Shown here in pieces: positions 18,923 through 28,048 of a stretch of 54,754 nt of DNA (position 1 is its first letter; the number at the start of each line of letters is the position of its first letter). Made by a program: the position numbers and the translations under genes. The notes under the pieces were generated by a model, which saw only the letters and a program-made list of their open reading frames with translations, made no database searches and was not told the origin of the DNA. This DNA is from Methylotenera sp. (GTDB taxonomy: Bacteria > Pseudomonadota > Gammaproteobacteria > Burkholderiales > Methylophilaceae), in the NCBI GenBank assembly GCA_025351225.1, contig JANXWL010000133.1:1-54754 (forward strand), in the 5' to 3' direction.

Positions 18923-19942
18923 TTAAAAACCAACTTGTGCTGATAAATACACGCCATCTTGTTTGCCATAATCTGCGCCAACTGCTTTAACCGTAGCAAT
19001 ATTGCCCAAATTAACGTAGGCTGCAGTCACGGATATATTTTTGGTTGGTGCGTAAGCAACAAATAGGTCAAATGCGTCATCTTCTTTAAGATCGACTACA
19101 TTGGCGCCACCAAACAAAAGTGTATTGGCAGGACTTTCTAAATTGTTAGGCTTCATGCGATATTCCGCACCAATCGCCACATCTTTTCTTAGCAAATAAG
19201 CCGCAGATAGCTCAAGCTCTGGGTTGTAGCTATTATCTTTGCTACCACCAAAACCAAGTAGGCCAAATTGATTCGCTTTAGTAAAGCGCAATGTGCCGTT
19301 TAGTAATAAGTTTTTATCTAACAATAGTTTTGTGGCAGATGCATAAAAATCAACACCATGGTCTTGTTTTGCGCCTACAACAGCACCTTTTATAAAATCA
19401 CCATCATGATTTTTCTTATATTGCACACCAACAGCCACTTGAGGCACCCATGTGTCAGCATCTAATACAGCTTCGCCAAACACACGCACTTTTGCGCCGA
19501 CAATTGTTTGGTCTAGTGAGTCGCGCCCAATAGCATCAGCGCCTAAGCCTGCCTGTACTTTGCCGCGCAAATCGCTTATATCAAACTTTTGCTCAGCGAC
19601 TGATAATTCGAATCGATCGTAAAAACCCATCGTGATGCCGAAGCTATTTAAATCGAAATCGCCAGACTTAACATAGGTGTAATGTACATTGCCGCCAATT
19701 TCGTTATTGGTGCCGTAGCCACCAATCACTGCCCATGGTGTTAAACCGCCACCAGCTGCGCCTTCAACCTGCGAAACGCCACCCGTTAACAGTAGCTTGT
19801 TGCTATAGGTGTTGCCTTCTGCATGTGCATTGCTAGACCATGCTGTTATTGTAGATAGTGCGGCTATTGTAGTTAGCATGCACAAACCAAACACTTTGTG
19901 TTGATTGATGATGCTGTTGATTTGTGTTTTATTGTGATTCAT
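18923..19942 (-). CDS. DUF3034 family outer-membrane beta-barrel protein
   Basis: TGGVSQVEGAAGGGLTPWA motif, signal peptide (AHA), C-terminal Phe. ATG at 19942 follows AAGGGA. Confidence 0.82.
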   Translation of the reverse strand: MNHNKTQINSIINQHKVFGLCMLTTIAALSTITAWSSNAHAEGNTYSNKLLLTGGVSQVEGAAGGGLTPWAVIGGYGTNNEIGGNVHYTYVKSGDFDLNSFGITMGFYDRFELSVAEQKFDISDLRGKVQAGLGADAIGRDSLDQTIVGAKVRVFGEAVLDADTWVPQVAVGVQYKKNHDGDFIKGAVVGAKQDHGVDFYASATKLLLDKNLLLNGTLRFTKANQFGLLGFGGSKDNSYNPELELSAAYLLRKDVAIGAEYRMKPNNLESPANTLLFGGANVVDLKEDDAFDLFVAYAPTKNISVTAAYVNLGNIATVKAVGADYGKQDGVYLSAQVGF

Positions 19943-19993
19943 TAACATTCCCTTACGATAAAAAATGAACAATTAGTTGATTGCCATTGGTTA

Positions 19994-20020
19994 TACGCAG
20001 GAGAGTTGAGTTTAGATGCA
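19994..20020 (-). promoter_or_regulatory. Putative ECF sigma promoter TGCATC-N15-TGCGTA
   Basis: Minus strand reads tgcatc-taaactcaactctcc-tgcgta, about 50 nt upstream of the first gene of the cluster that contains the ECF sigma. Confidence 0.6.
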
Positions 20021-20132
20021 TAAAGCTCACATTTATTTTTGCATTTATTTTTGATTGAATGTTCACTATTCAATGAGGTATACTAATCAGTATATATTTC
20101 ACCTATTAACTTTTAGTTTGAAAAGGCTCATT

Positions 20133-21908
20133 ATGCGAACACACTATTCGAAAGCACTATTAATTTCGGCTTTATTGTTATTACAAAGTTGCATGCTTGC
20201 AAAGTCTACGCAATCAACTGCATCGCAAGATTGGCCTAGCTTTGGGCGTGATTTCACTAGTCAGCGTTTTGCACCAGCCACACAAATTAATACAAGCAAT
20301 GTGAATCAGTTAGTAGAAGCTTGGAAAGTGAATACCGGCGTAACTGGCAGCTTTCAAACCACGCCAATTGTGCAAGATGGTGTCATGTATTTATCACTGC
20401 CGTTTAACCATGTGGTGGCGCTAGATGCAACAACAGGTAAAGAGCTTTGGCGCTATAAGCACGAGCGTCGTAAAGATTGGGCAATGTGCTGTGGCCCAGC
20501 CAACAGAGGTGTGGCAGTGTCTGGCGGCCGCGTATTTATTGGCACGGTGGATGCTCGCTTAATTGCGCTAAATGCCAAGACAGGTGCAAAAGAGTGGGAT
20601 ATTGATGTTGTAAACGAAGATATTAAATCCGAAGGCCAAGATTCCTTAGATAAAAATGACCCCAACAGCTTGCGTAAAGTGACAGGTGGCACTGGTATTG
20701 GAATTGCCATGGCACCAGTGGTGTATAAAGGCAAAGTGATTGTTGGCATTACTGGTGTTGGTTATGGCTTGCATATTGATAATCCTACTGCAGATGCGCC
20801 ACTAGGCGCCGTTATTGGTGTGGCTGGTTTGTTTGGACGCCCTGGCTTTTTAGCGGCTTATGATGTGAATAGCGGCAAACGTGAATGGCAATTTGATACG
20901 ATTCCTGCCAGTGGATGGGAAGGCAAATACGCTGAAACGACCGATGATGGCGCAACCTTTAATCGCGATGTGGCACAAGAAAAAGCCGATTTAGCGAAAT
21001 ATCCCAATGCGGCGCGCTTTGGTGGTGGCTCTGCTTGGAGCACGCCAGCAATTGATACCACAACCGATACTTTATACTTTGGCACAGGCAATCCTTCGCC
21101 GCAAATGAATGATATTTCGCGCCCAGGTGATAATCTTTACACAGTTTCTTTGGTGGCCTTAGATGTTAATACAGGTAAGTTAAAATGGCATTATCAACAA
21201 GTGCCACATGACTTATGGGGTTATGATATGGCAAGTCCGCCTGTGCTATTTAATTATAATATGGATGGCAAAATGATACCTGCTGTAGGTGAAGCCAGTA
21301 AGACAGGTTGGTTTTATATACATAACCGCGCGACAGGTGAGTTGTTAAAAAAATCTGACGCATTTGTGCCGCAGCTAAATATGTTTAAAAAAGCCACAAC
21401 TGAGGGCGTTGTTATTTACCCTGGTATATTGGGTGGCTCAAATTGGTCGCCTGTGAGTGTGGACGAGAAAAATCAACGTGTGTTTATTGAAGGTATCCAT
21501 TCACCAATTAAATACACACTGCATGAAACCGCAGCGCAAAATGGCAAGCCAGCGATTCGTTATGCCGCCAGTGAGCCTACGCAAGACCCACGCTGGGGCT
21601 TGCTGTCAGCCATTGATTTAGGCACTGGTAAAATCGCTTGGCAAAATAAAACTGCCCAACCCTTATTAGGCGGTGTACTTGCTACGGCGGGTGGCTTGGT
21701 GTTTATAGGTGAGGGTGATGGTCACTTTAATGCCTACAATAGCCAAACAGGTGCATTGTTATGGCAAGCTAAATCAGAGTTTGGCGTGAATGCGCCGCCG
21801 ATTACCTATACGATTAATGGCGTGCAATACATTGCAGTGGCCAGTGGCGGTAACTCGATATTTGGCTTTAAGCAAGGCGATGCGGTATTAGTTTATAAGC
21901 TTAAATAA
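20133..21908 (+). CDS. PQQ-dependent alcohol dehydrogenase-like beta-propeller lipoprotein with degenerate active site
   Basis: Lipobox LLQSC, repeated Trp-docking motifs (ALDATTGKELW), vicinal CC in MCCGPANRG, GTGNPSP, VPHDLWGYD. Confidence 0.88.
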   Translation: MRTHYSKALLISALLLLQSCMLAKSTQSTASQDWPSFGRDFTSQRFAPATQINTSNVNQLVEAWKVNTGVTGSFQTTPIVQDGVMYLSLPFNHVVALDATTGKELWRYKHERRKDWAMCCGPANRGVAVSGGRVFIGTVDARLIALNAKTGAKEWDIDVVNEDIKSEGQDSLDKNDPNSLRKVTGGTGIGIAMAPVVYKGKVIVGITGVGYGLHIDNPTADAPLGAVIGVAGLFGRPGFLAAYDVNSGKREWQFDTIPASGWEGKYAETTDDGATFNRDVAQEKADLAKYPNAARFGGGSAWSTPAIDTTTDTLYFGTGNPSPQMNDISRPGDNLYTVSLVALDVNTGKLKWHYQQVPHDLWGYDMASPPVLFNYNMDGKMIPAVGEASKTGWFYIHNRATGELLKKSDAFVPQLNMFKKATTEGVVIYPGILGGSNWSPVSVDEKNQRVFIEGIHSPIKYTLHETAAQNGKPAIRYAASEPTQDPRWGLLSAIDLGTGKIAWQNKTAQPLLGGVLATAGGLVFIGEGDGHFNAYNSQTGALLWQAKSEFGVNAPPITYTINGVQYIAVASGGNSIFGFKQGDAVLVYKLK

Positions 21909-21933
21909 ATAGCACTAGCAATGCTAGCCAGTT

Positions 21934-21962
21934 AAAAAGCTCGCTAAAAAGCGGGCTTTTTT
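21934..21962 (+). terminator. Rho-independent terminator
   Basis: aaaaagctcgc-taaaaa-gcgggctttttt directly after the PQQ gene. Confidence 0.8.
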
Positions 21963-22110
21963 GTGAGTAAAGCATAAAGATTGTAAAGCAGTAACTTTAA
22001 TCTAAACTTGCCTCAATGCTTGTGTAAATTATGGTGAAGTTTGCGCGCAGAGATGTGTTTAGCGATGCCGAGATGATAGAATCTAATTTATATCATTGTA
22101 TTTTAATTGC

Positions 22111-23694
22111 ATGCCTTATTTGAAAACTAAATTAATCTTCATCCTGGTTGTAGGCGCGCTAATGTCTAGCTGCGCTAGTTTGGATTTATTTAAAACCAAG
22201 CATGCCAAACTGGCGACTAATGTGAACAGTAAAACGCCAGCCAGTTGGCAGGCTACTTTGCCACATGATGGCATTGTGAGTAACCTTGCCAATTGGTGGC
22301 AGCAATTTAACGATCCTTTACTCGTTCAATTAATTGAATCTGCACAAAATGTCAGCTCAGATGTGGCTAGCGCGAAGGCCAGAATAGTCGAAGCGCAAAC
22401 CGCAGTGATTGTTGATTCTGCTGAATCACAACCTAACTTAACCTTAGACGGCAGTGCAACGCGTAGTCAACAAGGCTTGTTGTTTCCGCCCAGCACTAAC
22501 ATAGGCGTTGGTTTAAATGCCAAGTGGGAGTTAGATGTGTGGGGTAAAGCTGCTGCTGCAAGAAGCTCGGAAGAAGCACAACTAACAGGCAAAAAAGCGT
22601 TATGGCACGATGCACGTATTATTGTTGCTGCCGAAACCGCGAGGCAATATGTCAATTATCGGCTCTGCGAAAATTTAACAATAGTTGCTAAAAACAATGC
22701 AGAATCCACCAGTGAAACAGCACGATTATCTAACTTAACTGCAAAAGCAGGTTTTTTAGCGCCCGCCAGTGCCAGCCAAGCTGAGGCACAAGCAGCAGAC
22801 GCAGCTAACTTACTTAAAAAACAACAATTGCAATGTATGCTAATGGTAAAAGCAATGGTCGCTTTAACTGCGATGCCAGAGCCAGACTTGCAAGCCGCAC
22901 TTGATAAAACGAGTGGCGTGATGCCCAAGCCAGCTAGCATTCAAGTAGATAGCGTACCCGCTAAAACACTTGCACAGCGGCCAGATGTGTTAAATGCAGA
23001 GCGTAATGTGGCAGCCGCTAGTTTTGAAATTGAAAGTGTAAAAAAAGAGCGTTATCCAAGCTTAAGTTTGGCAGGAAATATTGGCTGGGGTTACGATACC
23101 TCGACATTTGGAGTAGTGCCAGGCAGGAAACGCAGAGCGTCAGATGGCTTCACTTGGTCAATAGGGCCTGTTGCGATATCAATGCCGATATTTGATGCAG
23201 GCGTACGCAGAGCCAATATTAATCAAGCTAGGGCGCAATACGTGGCGGCCAAGAGTATTTATGAAAGTGTAGCGCGTAATGCTGTACGCGAGGTGGAAGA
23301 AGCTTTGACGACTTTGAATAGCACTGCCTTGCGCTTAGAGGATGTGACTAGAGCCAGTGATGGTTTTAAAGCATCTTTTGATGCAACTGATACGCGCTTT
23401 AAAGCCAATTTAGCCAATTTATTTGAGTTAGAAGAAGCGCGTCGGGCTCATTTACAGGCACAAAATAATGTTCTAGCACTAGAAAATGAGCGTGTAGTTG
23501 CTTGGATTTCACTGTATCGCGCGATGGGCGGCGGCTGGGCGAGCATTGATGCCAACTCAAGCAATAGCGGTAAAAATTTGGCAGAAACTGAGCCAAAACT
23601 AGTGATGGATAGACTGCTGCAATCGCTTGAAGCGTCGCCGATACCAATAGAGCCAGCTGAAACGCAATTAAAGCCAGAAACGCAATCAAAGTAG
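22111..23694 (+). CDS. RND efflux outer membrane lipoprotein (NodT/OprM family)
   Basis: Lipobox LMSSC, WWQQFNDPLL, WELDVWG, RPDV and LYRAMGGGW. Confidence 0.9.
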   Translation: MPYLKTKLIFILVVGALMSSCASLDLFKTKHAKLATNVNSKTPASWQATLPHDGIVSNLANWWQQFNDPLLVQLIESAQNVSSDVASAKARIVEAQTAVIVDSAESQPNLTLDGSATRSQQGLLFPPSTNIGVGLNAKWELDVWGKAAAARSSEEAQLTGKKALWHDARIIVAAETARQYVNYRLCENLTIVAKNNAESTSETARLSNLTAKAGFLAPASASQAEAQAADAANLLKKQQLQCMLMVKAMVALTAMPEPDLQAALDKTSGVMPKPASIQVDSVPAKTLAQRPDVLNAERNVAAASFEIESVKKERYPSLSLAGNIGWGYDTSTFGVVPGRKRRASDGFTWSIGPVAISMPIFDAGVRRANINQARAQYVAAKSIYESVARNAVREVEEALTTLNSTALRLEDVTRASDGFKASFDATDTRFKANLANLFELEEARRAHLQAQNNVLALENERVVAWISLYRAMGGGWASIDANSSNSGKNLAETEPKLVMDRLLQSLEASPIPIEPAETQLKPETQSK

Positions 23695-23728
23695 TCGTAA
23701 TAACAATCAACTTTGTAGAGATAAACCT

Positions 23729-24880
23729 ATGTTAAACCTGCTGTTAAGCATGCCAAAAAAACTAAATAAGCAATGGTTAATACTATTGCCAATGCTGGCT
23801 TTGCCTTATTTTAGCTTTGCCGAAACGCCAAAAGTAACCAGTGTTACGCCCGCATTAACGGTAACTGTGATTAAGCCACAACTGGCCAGTTTTCCGCAAA
23901 AAATATCAGCCAATGGCAATATTGCGGCTTGGCAAGAGGCGATTATTGGCAGCGAAGCCAATGGTTTACGTTTAGTGAATGTGCTGGTGAACGTGGGTGA
24001 TATGGTTAAAAAAGGCCAATTGTTAGCCGATTTTGCGACAGAAACCATTGATGCAGATTTGATGCAAGCCAAAGCTAGCTTGCTGGAAGCCGAAGCAACA
24101 GGCCGCGAAGCCATTAATAATGCCGATAGAGCACGTACTTTGCAAAATACGGGTGCGATGTCGAATCAGCAAATTGAGCAATATACAACCGCGGCAGAAA
24201 CCGCCAAAGCGCGTATAGAAGTGGCGAGAGCAGCAGTCAACACGCAGCAAATTCGTTTGAAACAAACGAGAATTGTCGCGCCTGACAGCGGCATTATTTC
24301 TGCGCGCAACGCCACGGTTGGCGCGGTGGTCGGTGCTGGTACCGAGCTGTTTCGACTCATTCGGCAATCACGTTTAGAGTGGCGTGCAGAGGTAATTTCT
24401 AGTGATTTGCCCAAAATAAAAATTGGCATGCAAGCCAATATTATTGCTGCGGATGGTAGTCGCTTAACTGGAAAAGTACGCAAAGTTTCTCCCATGGTTG
24501 ATATGCAAACGCGCAATACTATTGTGTACATCGATTTGCCAGCCAATAGCGTGAAGGCAGGCATGTTTGCCAAAGGTGATTTTTTAATGGGGCAATCGAA
24601 TACCCTAGCCGTGCCGCAGCAAGCATTGGTGCTGCGCGATGGTTTTAATTATGTATTCGTACTTAAAAATATTAAAGGTGAGCAAGCAAAAGTTGGCCAA
24701 ACTAAAGTACAGACGGGTAAGCGAGTTGGTAACTTGGTTGAAATCGTGAGCGGATTAACGGCCAATCAAAGCATTGTGGCTAGTGGCGGGGCATTCTTGT
24801 CAGATAATGATACTGTTAAAGTAGTGAATGCTGTGGCAACAAATAGCACACCTACTAAAAAACTCATGCAATTAAAATAA
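23729..24880 (+). CDS. RND efflux periplasmic adaptor (MFP)
   Basis: VNVGDMVKKGQLLA and IVAPDSGII lipoyl-like halves flanking a coiled coil. Confidence 0.9.
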   Translation: MLNLLLSMPKKLNKQWLILLPMLALPYFSFAETPKVTSVTPALTVTVIKPQLASFPQKISANGNIAAWQEAIIGSEANGLRLVNVLVNVGDMVKKGQLLADFATETIDADLMQAKASLLEAEATGREAINNADRARTLQNTGAMSNQQIEQYTTAAETAKARIEVARAAVNTQQIRLKQTRIVAPDSGIISARNATVGAVVGAGTELFRLIRQSRLEWRAEVISSDLPKIKIGMQANIIAADGSRLTGKVRKVSPMVDMQTRNTIVYIDLPANSVKAGMFAKGDFLMGQSNTLAVPQQALVLRDGFNYVFVLKNIKGEQAKVGQTKVQTGKRVGNLVEIVSGLTANQSIVASGGAFLSDNDTVKVVNAVATNSTPTKKLMQLK

Positions 24881-24934
24881 GCCAATATAAATTCAATATA
24901 AATTTAAGTCACATAAATTAAGCTACTGTAAATA

Positions 24935-27900
24935 ATGAACATTTCCGCTTGGTGTATTCGAAACCCTATCCCAGCCATCATGCTGTTTGTAATGCTGTGC
25001 TTCGCGGGTATGCTAAGTTATCAAAGCATGAAAGTGCAAAACTTTCCTGATTTGGATTTGCCTACAGTCAGCGTTACTGCTAGCTTGCCAGGCGCGTCGC
25101 CCAGCCAACTTGAGACCGAAGTTGCCCGTAAAATCGAAAATAGTATTGCTACGCTGCAAGGCTTAAAGCATATTTACGCTAAAGTGCAAGATGGTGTCGT
25201 GACAATCACTGCTGAGTTTCGCCTAGAAAAGCCAGTGCAAGAGGCTGTAGATGACGTGCGGTCTGCGGTTTCGCAAGTGCGTGCCGATTTGCCTAGCGAT
25301 GTACGCGACCCAGAGATTAGCAAGCTGAATGTTGCGGGCACACCTATATTGTCATATACCATTAGCGCGGGCAATATGGACGAAGAGGCGCTTTCTTGGT
25401 TTGTGGATAACGAACTCACCAAAAAACTGCTTGGCGTAAAAGGCCTTGGGCGCGTCACGCGTGTGGGCGGGGTAAATCGTCAAATCACCGTGGATTTAGA
25501 CCCTGCAAAGCTACAAGCTTTAAACGCAACGGTTGCCGATATTTCGCGTCAACTCAAGCTTACACAGCTAGAAGCCGCAGGTGGACGCACGAAGATTGGC
25601 GGTAGCGAGCAACCCGTGCGCACACTAGCCACGGTTAATTCGGCTGAAGACATTGCTAATATGGAAATTAGCCTATCTGATGGCCGAAAAATCACCTTAA
25701 ATCAAGTCGCTGCAATCAACGATAACTTTGCCGAACCGCGCTCTGCCGCGTTTTTAGATGGCAAGCCAGTGGTAGGTTTCGAGATTGCCCGTAGTAAAGG
25801 CGCCAGTGAGATTGAAGTTGGCGAGGGTGTGCAAAAAGTTTTTGCCGACATCAAGCAAAAGCACCCTGATGTCGTGCTAACTGAGGCCTTTAACTTTGTG
25901 CAGCCAGTAAAAGATGAATATAACGCATCGATTACGATGCTGATAGAAGGTGCGCTGCTGGCTGTTCTAGTGGTATTTCTATTTTTGCGTAATATCCGTG
26001 CAACCTTTATTTGCGCGGTTGCGCTGCCATTGTCGGTGATTCCTGCATTTATTGGTATGGCCAGTTTTGGTTTTAGTATCAATGTAGTCACGCTGCTGGC
26101 GTTGTCGCTGGTGATTGGTATTTTGGTGGATGACGCCATTGTAGAGGTTGAAAATATTGTGCGGCATTTGCGCATGGGGAAAACGCCATACCAAGCCGCG
26201 ATGGAAGCCGCCGATGAAATTGGTTTGGCCGTTGTGGCAACTACGTTCACGCTGATTGCTGTCTTTTTACCCACCGCGTTTATGAGTGGTATCCCAGGTA
26301 AGTTTTTTAAACAGTTTGGTTGGACAGCATCGTTCGCCATTTTTGCCTCGCTAGCGGTTGCACGTGTGCTAACGCCGATGATGTCGGCTTATTTACTTAA
26401 ACCTAACAATACGCAACATGAAGATGGATTTATTATGCGCGCCTATATGCGCATGAGTCACTGGTGCCTACATCATCGCTTAATCACGGTAATTGCAGCA
26501 GCTTTGTTTTTATTTGGATCGATAAAGCTCATTCCCTTATTGCCAACAGGTTTTATTCCTGCCGATGATAGCTCGCAAACGCAAGTGTATTTAGAGTTGC
26601 CGCCAGGCGCAACGCTGGCAGAAACAGAGCAATCGGCTGAAGCCTCACGACAATTATTAAAAAATGTTGCCCATGTTAAAACTATTTACACCGCGATTGG
26701 CGGCGGCAGCGCGGGATCGGATGCGTTTGCAAGTTCTGGCGCAGCAGAAACTAGGCTTGCCACACTCACTATCTTGTTAGATGAACGCGGCGAACGTCCT
26801 CGCAAACAGGCCATCGAAAGCGAAATTCGCGATACTTTAGTTGGCTTACCGGGGGTGCGCACCAAGGTGGGTTTAGGCGGCTCAGGCGAGAAATATATAT
26901 TAATGTTAAGTGGAGATGATTCTAACGAATTACAACAAGCCTCGGATGCGGTGACGCAAGATATGCGCGGCATTTCAGGTATCGGTAATATTGCATCAAC
27001 CGCCAGTTTAATTCGCCCCGAGATGATTGTGCGCCCCGATTTTGCCAAAGCAGCTGATTTAGGCGTCACCAGTAGCGCCATTAGCGAAACGCTGCGCATT
27101 GCTACAAATGGCGATTATGATTTTGATCTGACAAAACTAAACCTAAGCCAGAGGCAGATACCAATAGTTGTTCAGTTGTCGGACGAAGCGCGCCAAGATC
27201 AAAGCATACTTGAGCGGCTTACCGTGCCTGGCGCAAAAGGCCCTGTTATGCTATCGCAAGTGGCGAGTTTTAATATGGCAGGTGGTCCATCGGTGATTGA
27301 CCGCTATGATCGTTCTCGCAACGTACAAATTGAGGTTGAGTTGTCTGGTCTGACATTAGGCGAGGTGACAGAGGCGGTTAAAAAACTACCCAGCATTCAA
27401 AATTTACCTGCCAGCGTTAAGCAAGTAGAAATAGGTGATGCCGAAGTGATGACGGAGTTATTTGGTAGCTTTGCCATTGCCATGCTCACGGGCGTGTTGT
27501 GTATTTATATTGTGTTAGTGCTGTTATTCAAAGACTTCTTGCATCCATTTACCATTTTAGTTGCATTGCCACTTTCACTAGGCGGCGCTTTTGTGGCCTT
27601 ACTAGTTGCGCATAAAAGCTTTTCTATGCCTTCATTAATTGGGCTAGTGATGTTAATGGGCATTGCCACTAAAAACTCTATTCTATTGGTTGAATATGCA
27701 ATTCTTGCCCAGCGCGAGCACGGTTTAAACCGCTTTGATGCCTTAATGGATGCTTGCCATAAACGTGCAAGGCCAATTGTAATGACCACCATTGCCATGG
27801 GTGCTGGCATGCTGCCAATCGCTGCTGGTTGGAGTGCTGGCGACACTTCGTTCCGTTCACCTATGGCGGTGGCGGTGATAGGCGGATTAATGACCTCAAC

Positions 27901-28024
27901 ATTCTTAAGTTTGTTGGTGATTCCGTCTGTATTTAGTTTTATTGATGATTTTAAATTGTTGTTCAAGAAGCTGTTTGTGCATAACACGCAACGGCGATCT
28001 GCTAGCAAGACTGTTATTAAGTAA
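24935..28024 (+). CDS. RND efflux permease (AcrB/AcrD/AcrF family)
   Basis: 1029 aa. Proton relay GILVDDAIVEVEN and ATKNSILL, RARPIVMTT. Confidence 0.95.
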   Translation: MNISAWCIRNPIPAIMLFVMLCFAGMLSYQSMKVQNFPDLDLPTVSVTASLPGASPSQLETEVARKIENSIATLQGLKHIYAKVQDGVVTITAEFRLEKPVQEAVDDVRSAVSQVRADLPSDVRDPEISKLNVAGTPILSYTISAGNMDEEALSWFVDNELTKKLLGVKGLGRVTRVGGVNRQITVDLDPAKLQALNATVADISRQLKLTQLEAAGGRTKIGGSEQPVRTLATVNSAEDIANMEISLSDGRKITLNQVAAINDNFAEPRSAAFLDGKPVVGFEIARSKGASEIEVGEGVQKVFADIKQKHPDVVLTEAFNFVQPVKDEYNASITMLIEGALLAVLVVFLFLRNIRATFICAVALPLSVIPAFIGMASFGFSINVVTLLALSLVIGILVDDAIVEVENIVRHLRMGKTPYQAAMEAADEIGLAVVATTFTLIAVFLPTAFMSGIPGKFFKQFGWTASFAIFASLAVARVLTPMMSAYLLKPNNTQHEDGFIMRAYMRMSHWCLHHRLITVIAAALFLFGSIKLIPLLPTGFIPADDSSQTQVYLELPPGATLAETEQSAEASRQLLKNVAHVKTIYTAIGGGSAGSDAFASSGAAETRLATLTILLDERGERPRKQAIESEIRDTLVGLPGVRTKVGLGGSGEKYILMLSGDDSNELQQASDAVTQDMRGISGIGNIASTASLIRPEMIVRPDFAKAADLGVTSSAISETLRIATNGDYDFDLTKLNLSQRQIPIVVQLSDEARQDQSILERLTVPGAKGPVMLSQVASFNMAGGPSVIDRYDRSRNVQIEVELSGLTLGEVTEAVKKLPSIQNLPASVKQVEIGDAEVMTELFGSFAIAMLTGVLCIYIVLVLLFKDFLHPFTILVALPLSLGGAFVALLVAHKSFSMPSLIGLVMLMGIATKNSILLVEYAILAQREHGLNRFDALMDACHKRARPIVMTTIAMGAGMLPIAAGWSAGDTSFRSPMAVAVIGGLMTSTFLSLLVIPSVFSFIDDFKLLFKKLFVHNTQRRSASKTVIK

Positions 28025-28048
28025 GCTGGTTATTAAGTAAACCAGTTA

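Noticed and set aside
20133-21908. Calling the PQQ protein XoxF, MxaF or ExaF
   Set aside because: The catalytic Asp and ligand Glu appear absent, it has a lipobox, and no xoxG/J or mxa genes are adjacent.
25702-26340. 212-aa antisense ORF and the many other short overlapping ORFs in the track (e.g. 34441-35025, 27505-28008)
   Set aside because: They lie on the opposite strand or in a shifted frame of well-supported genes and show no recognisable motifs.
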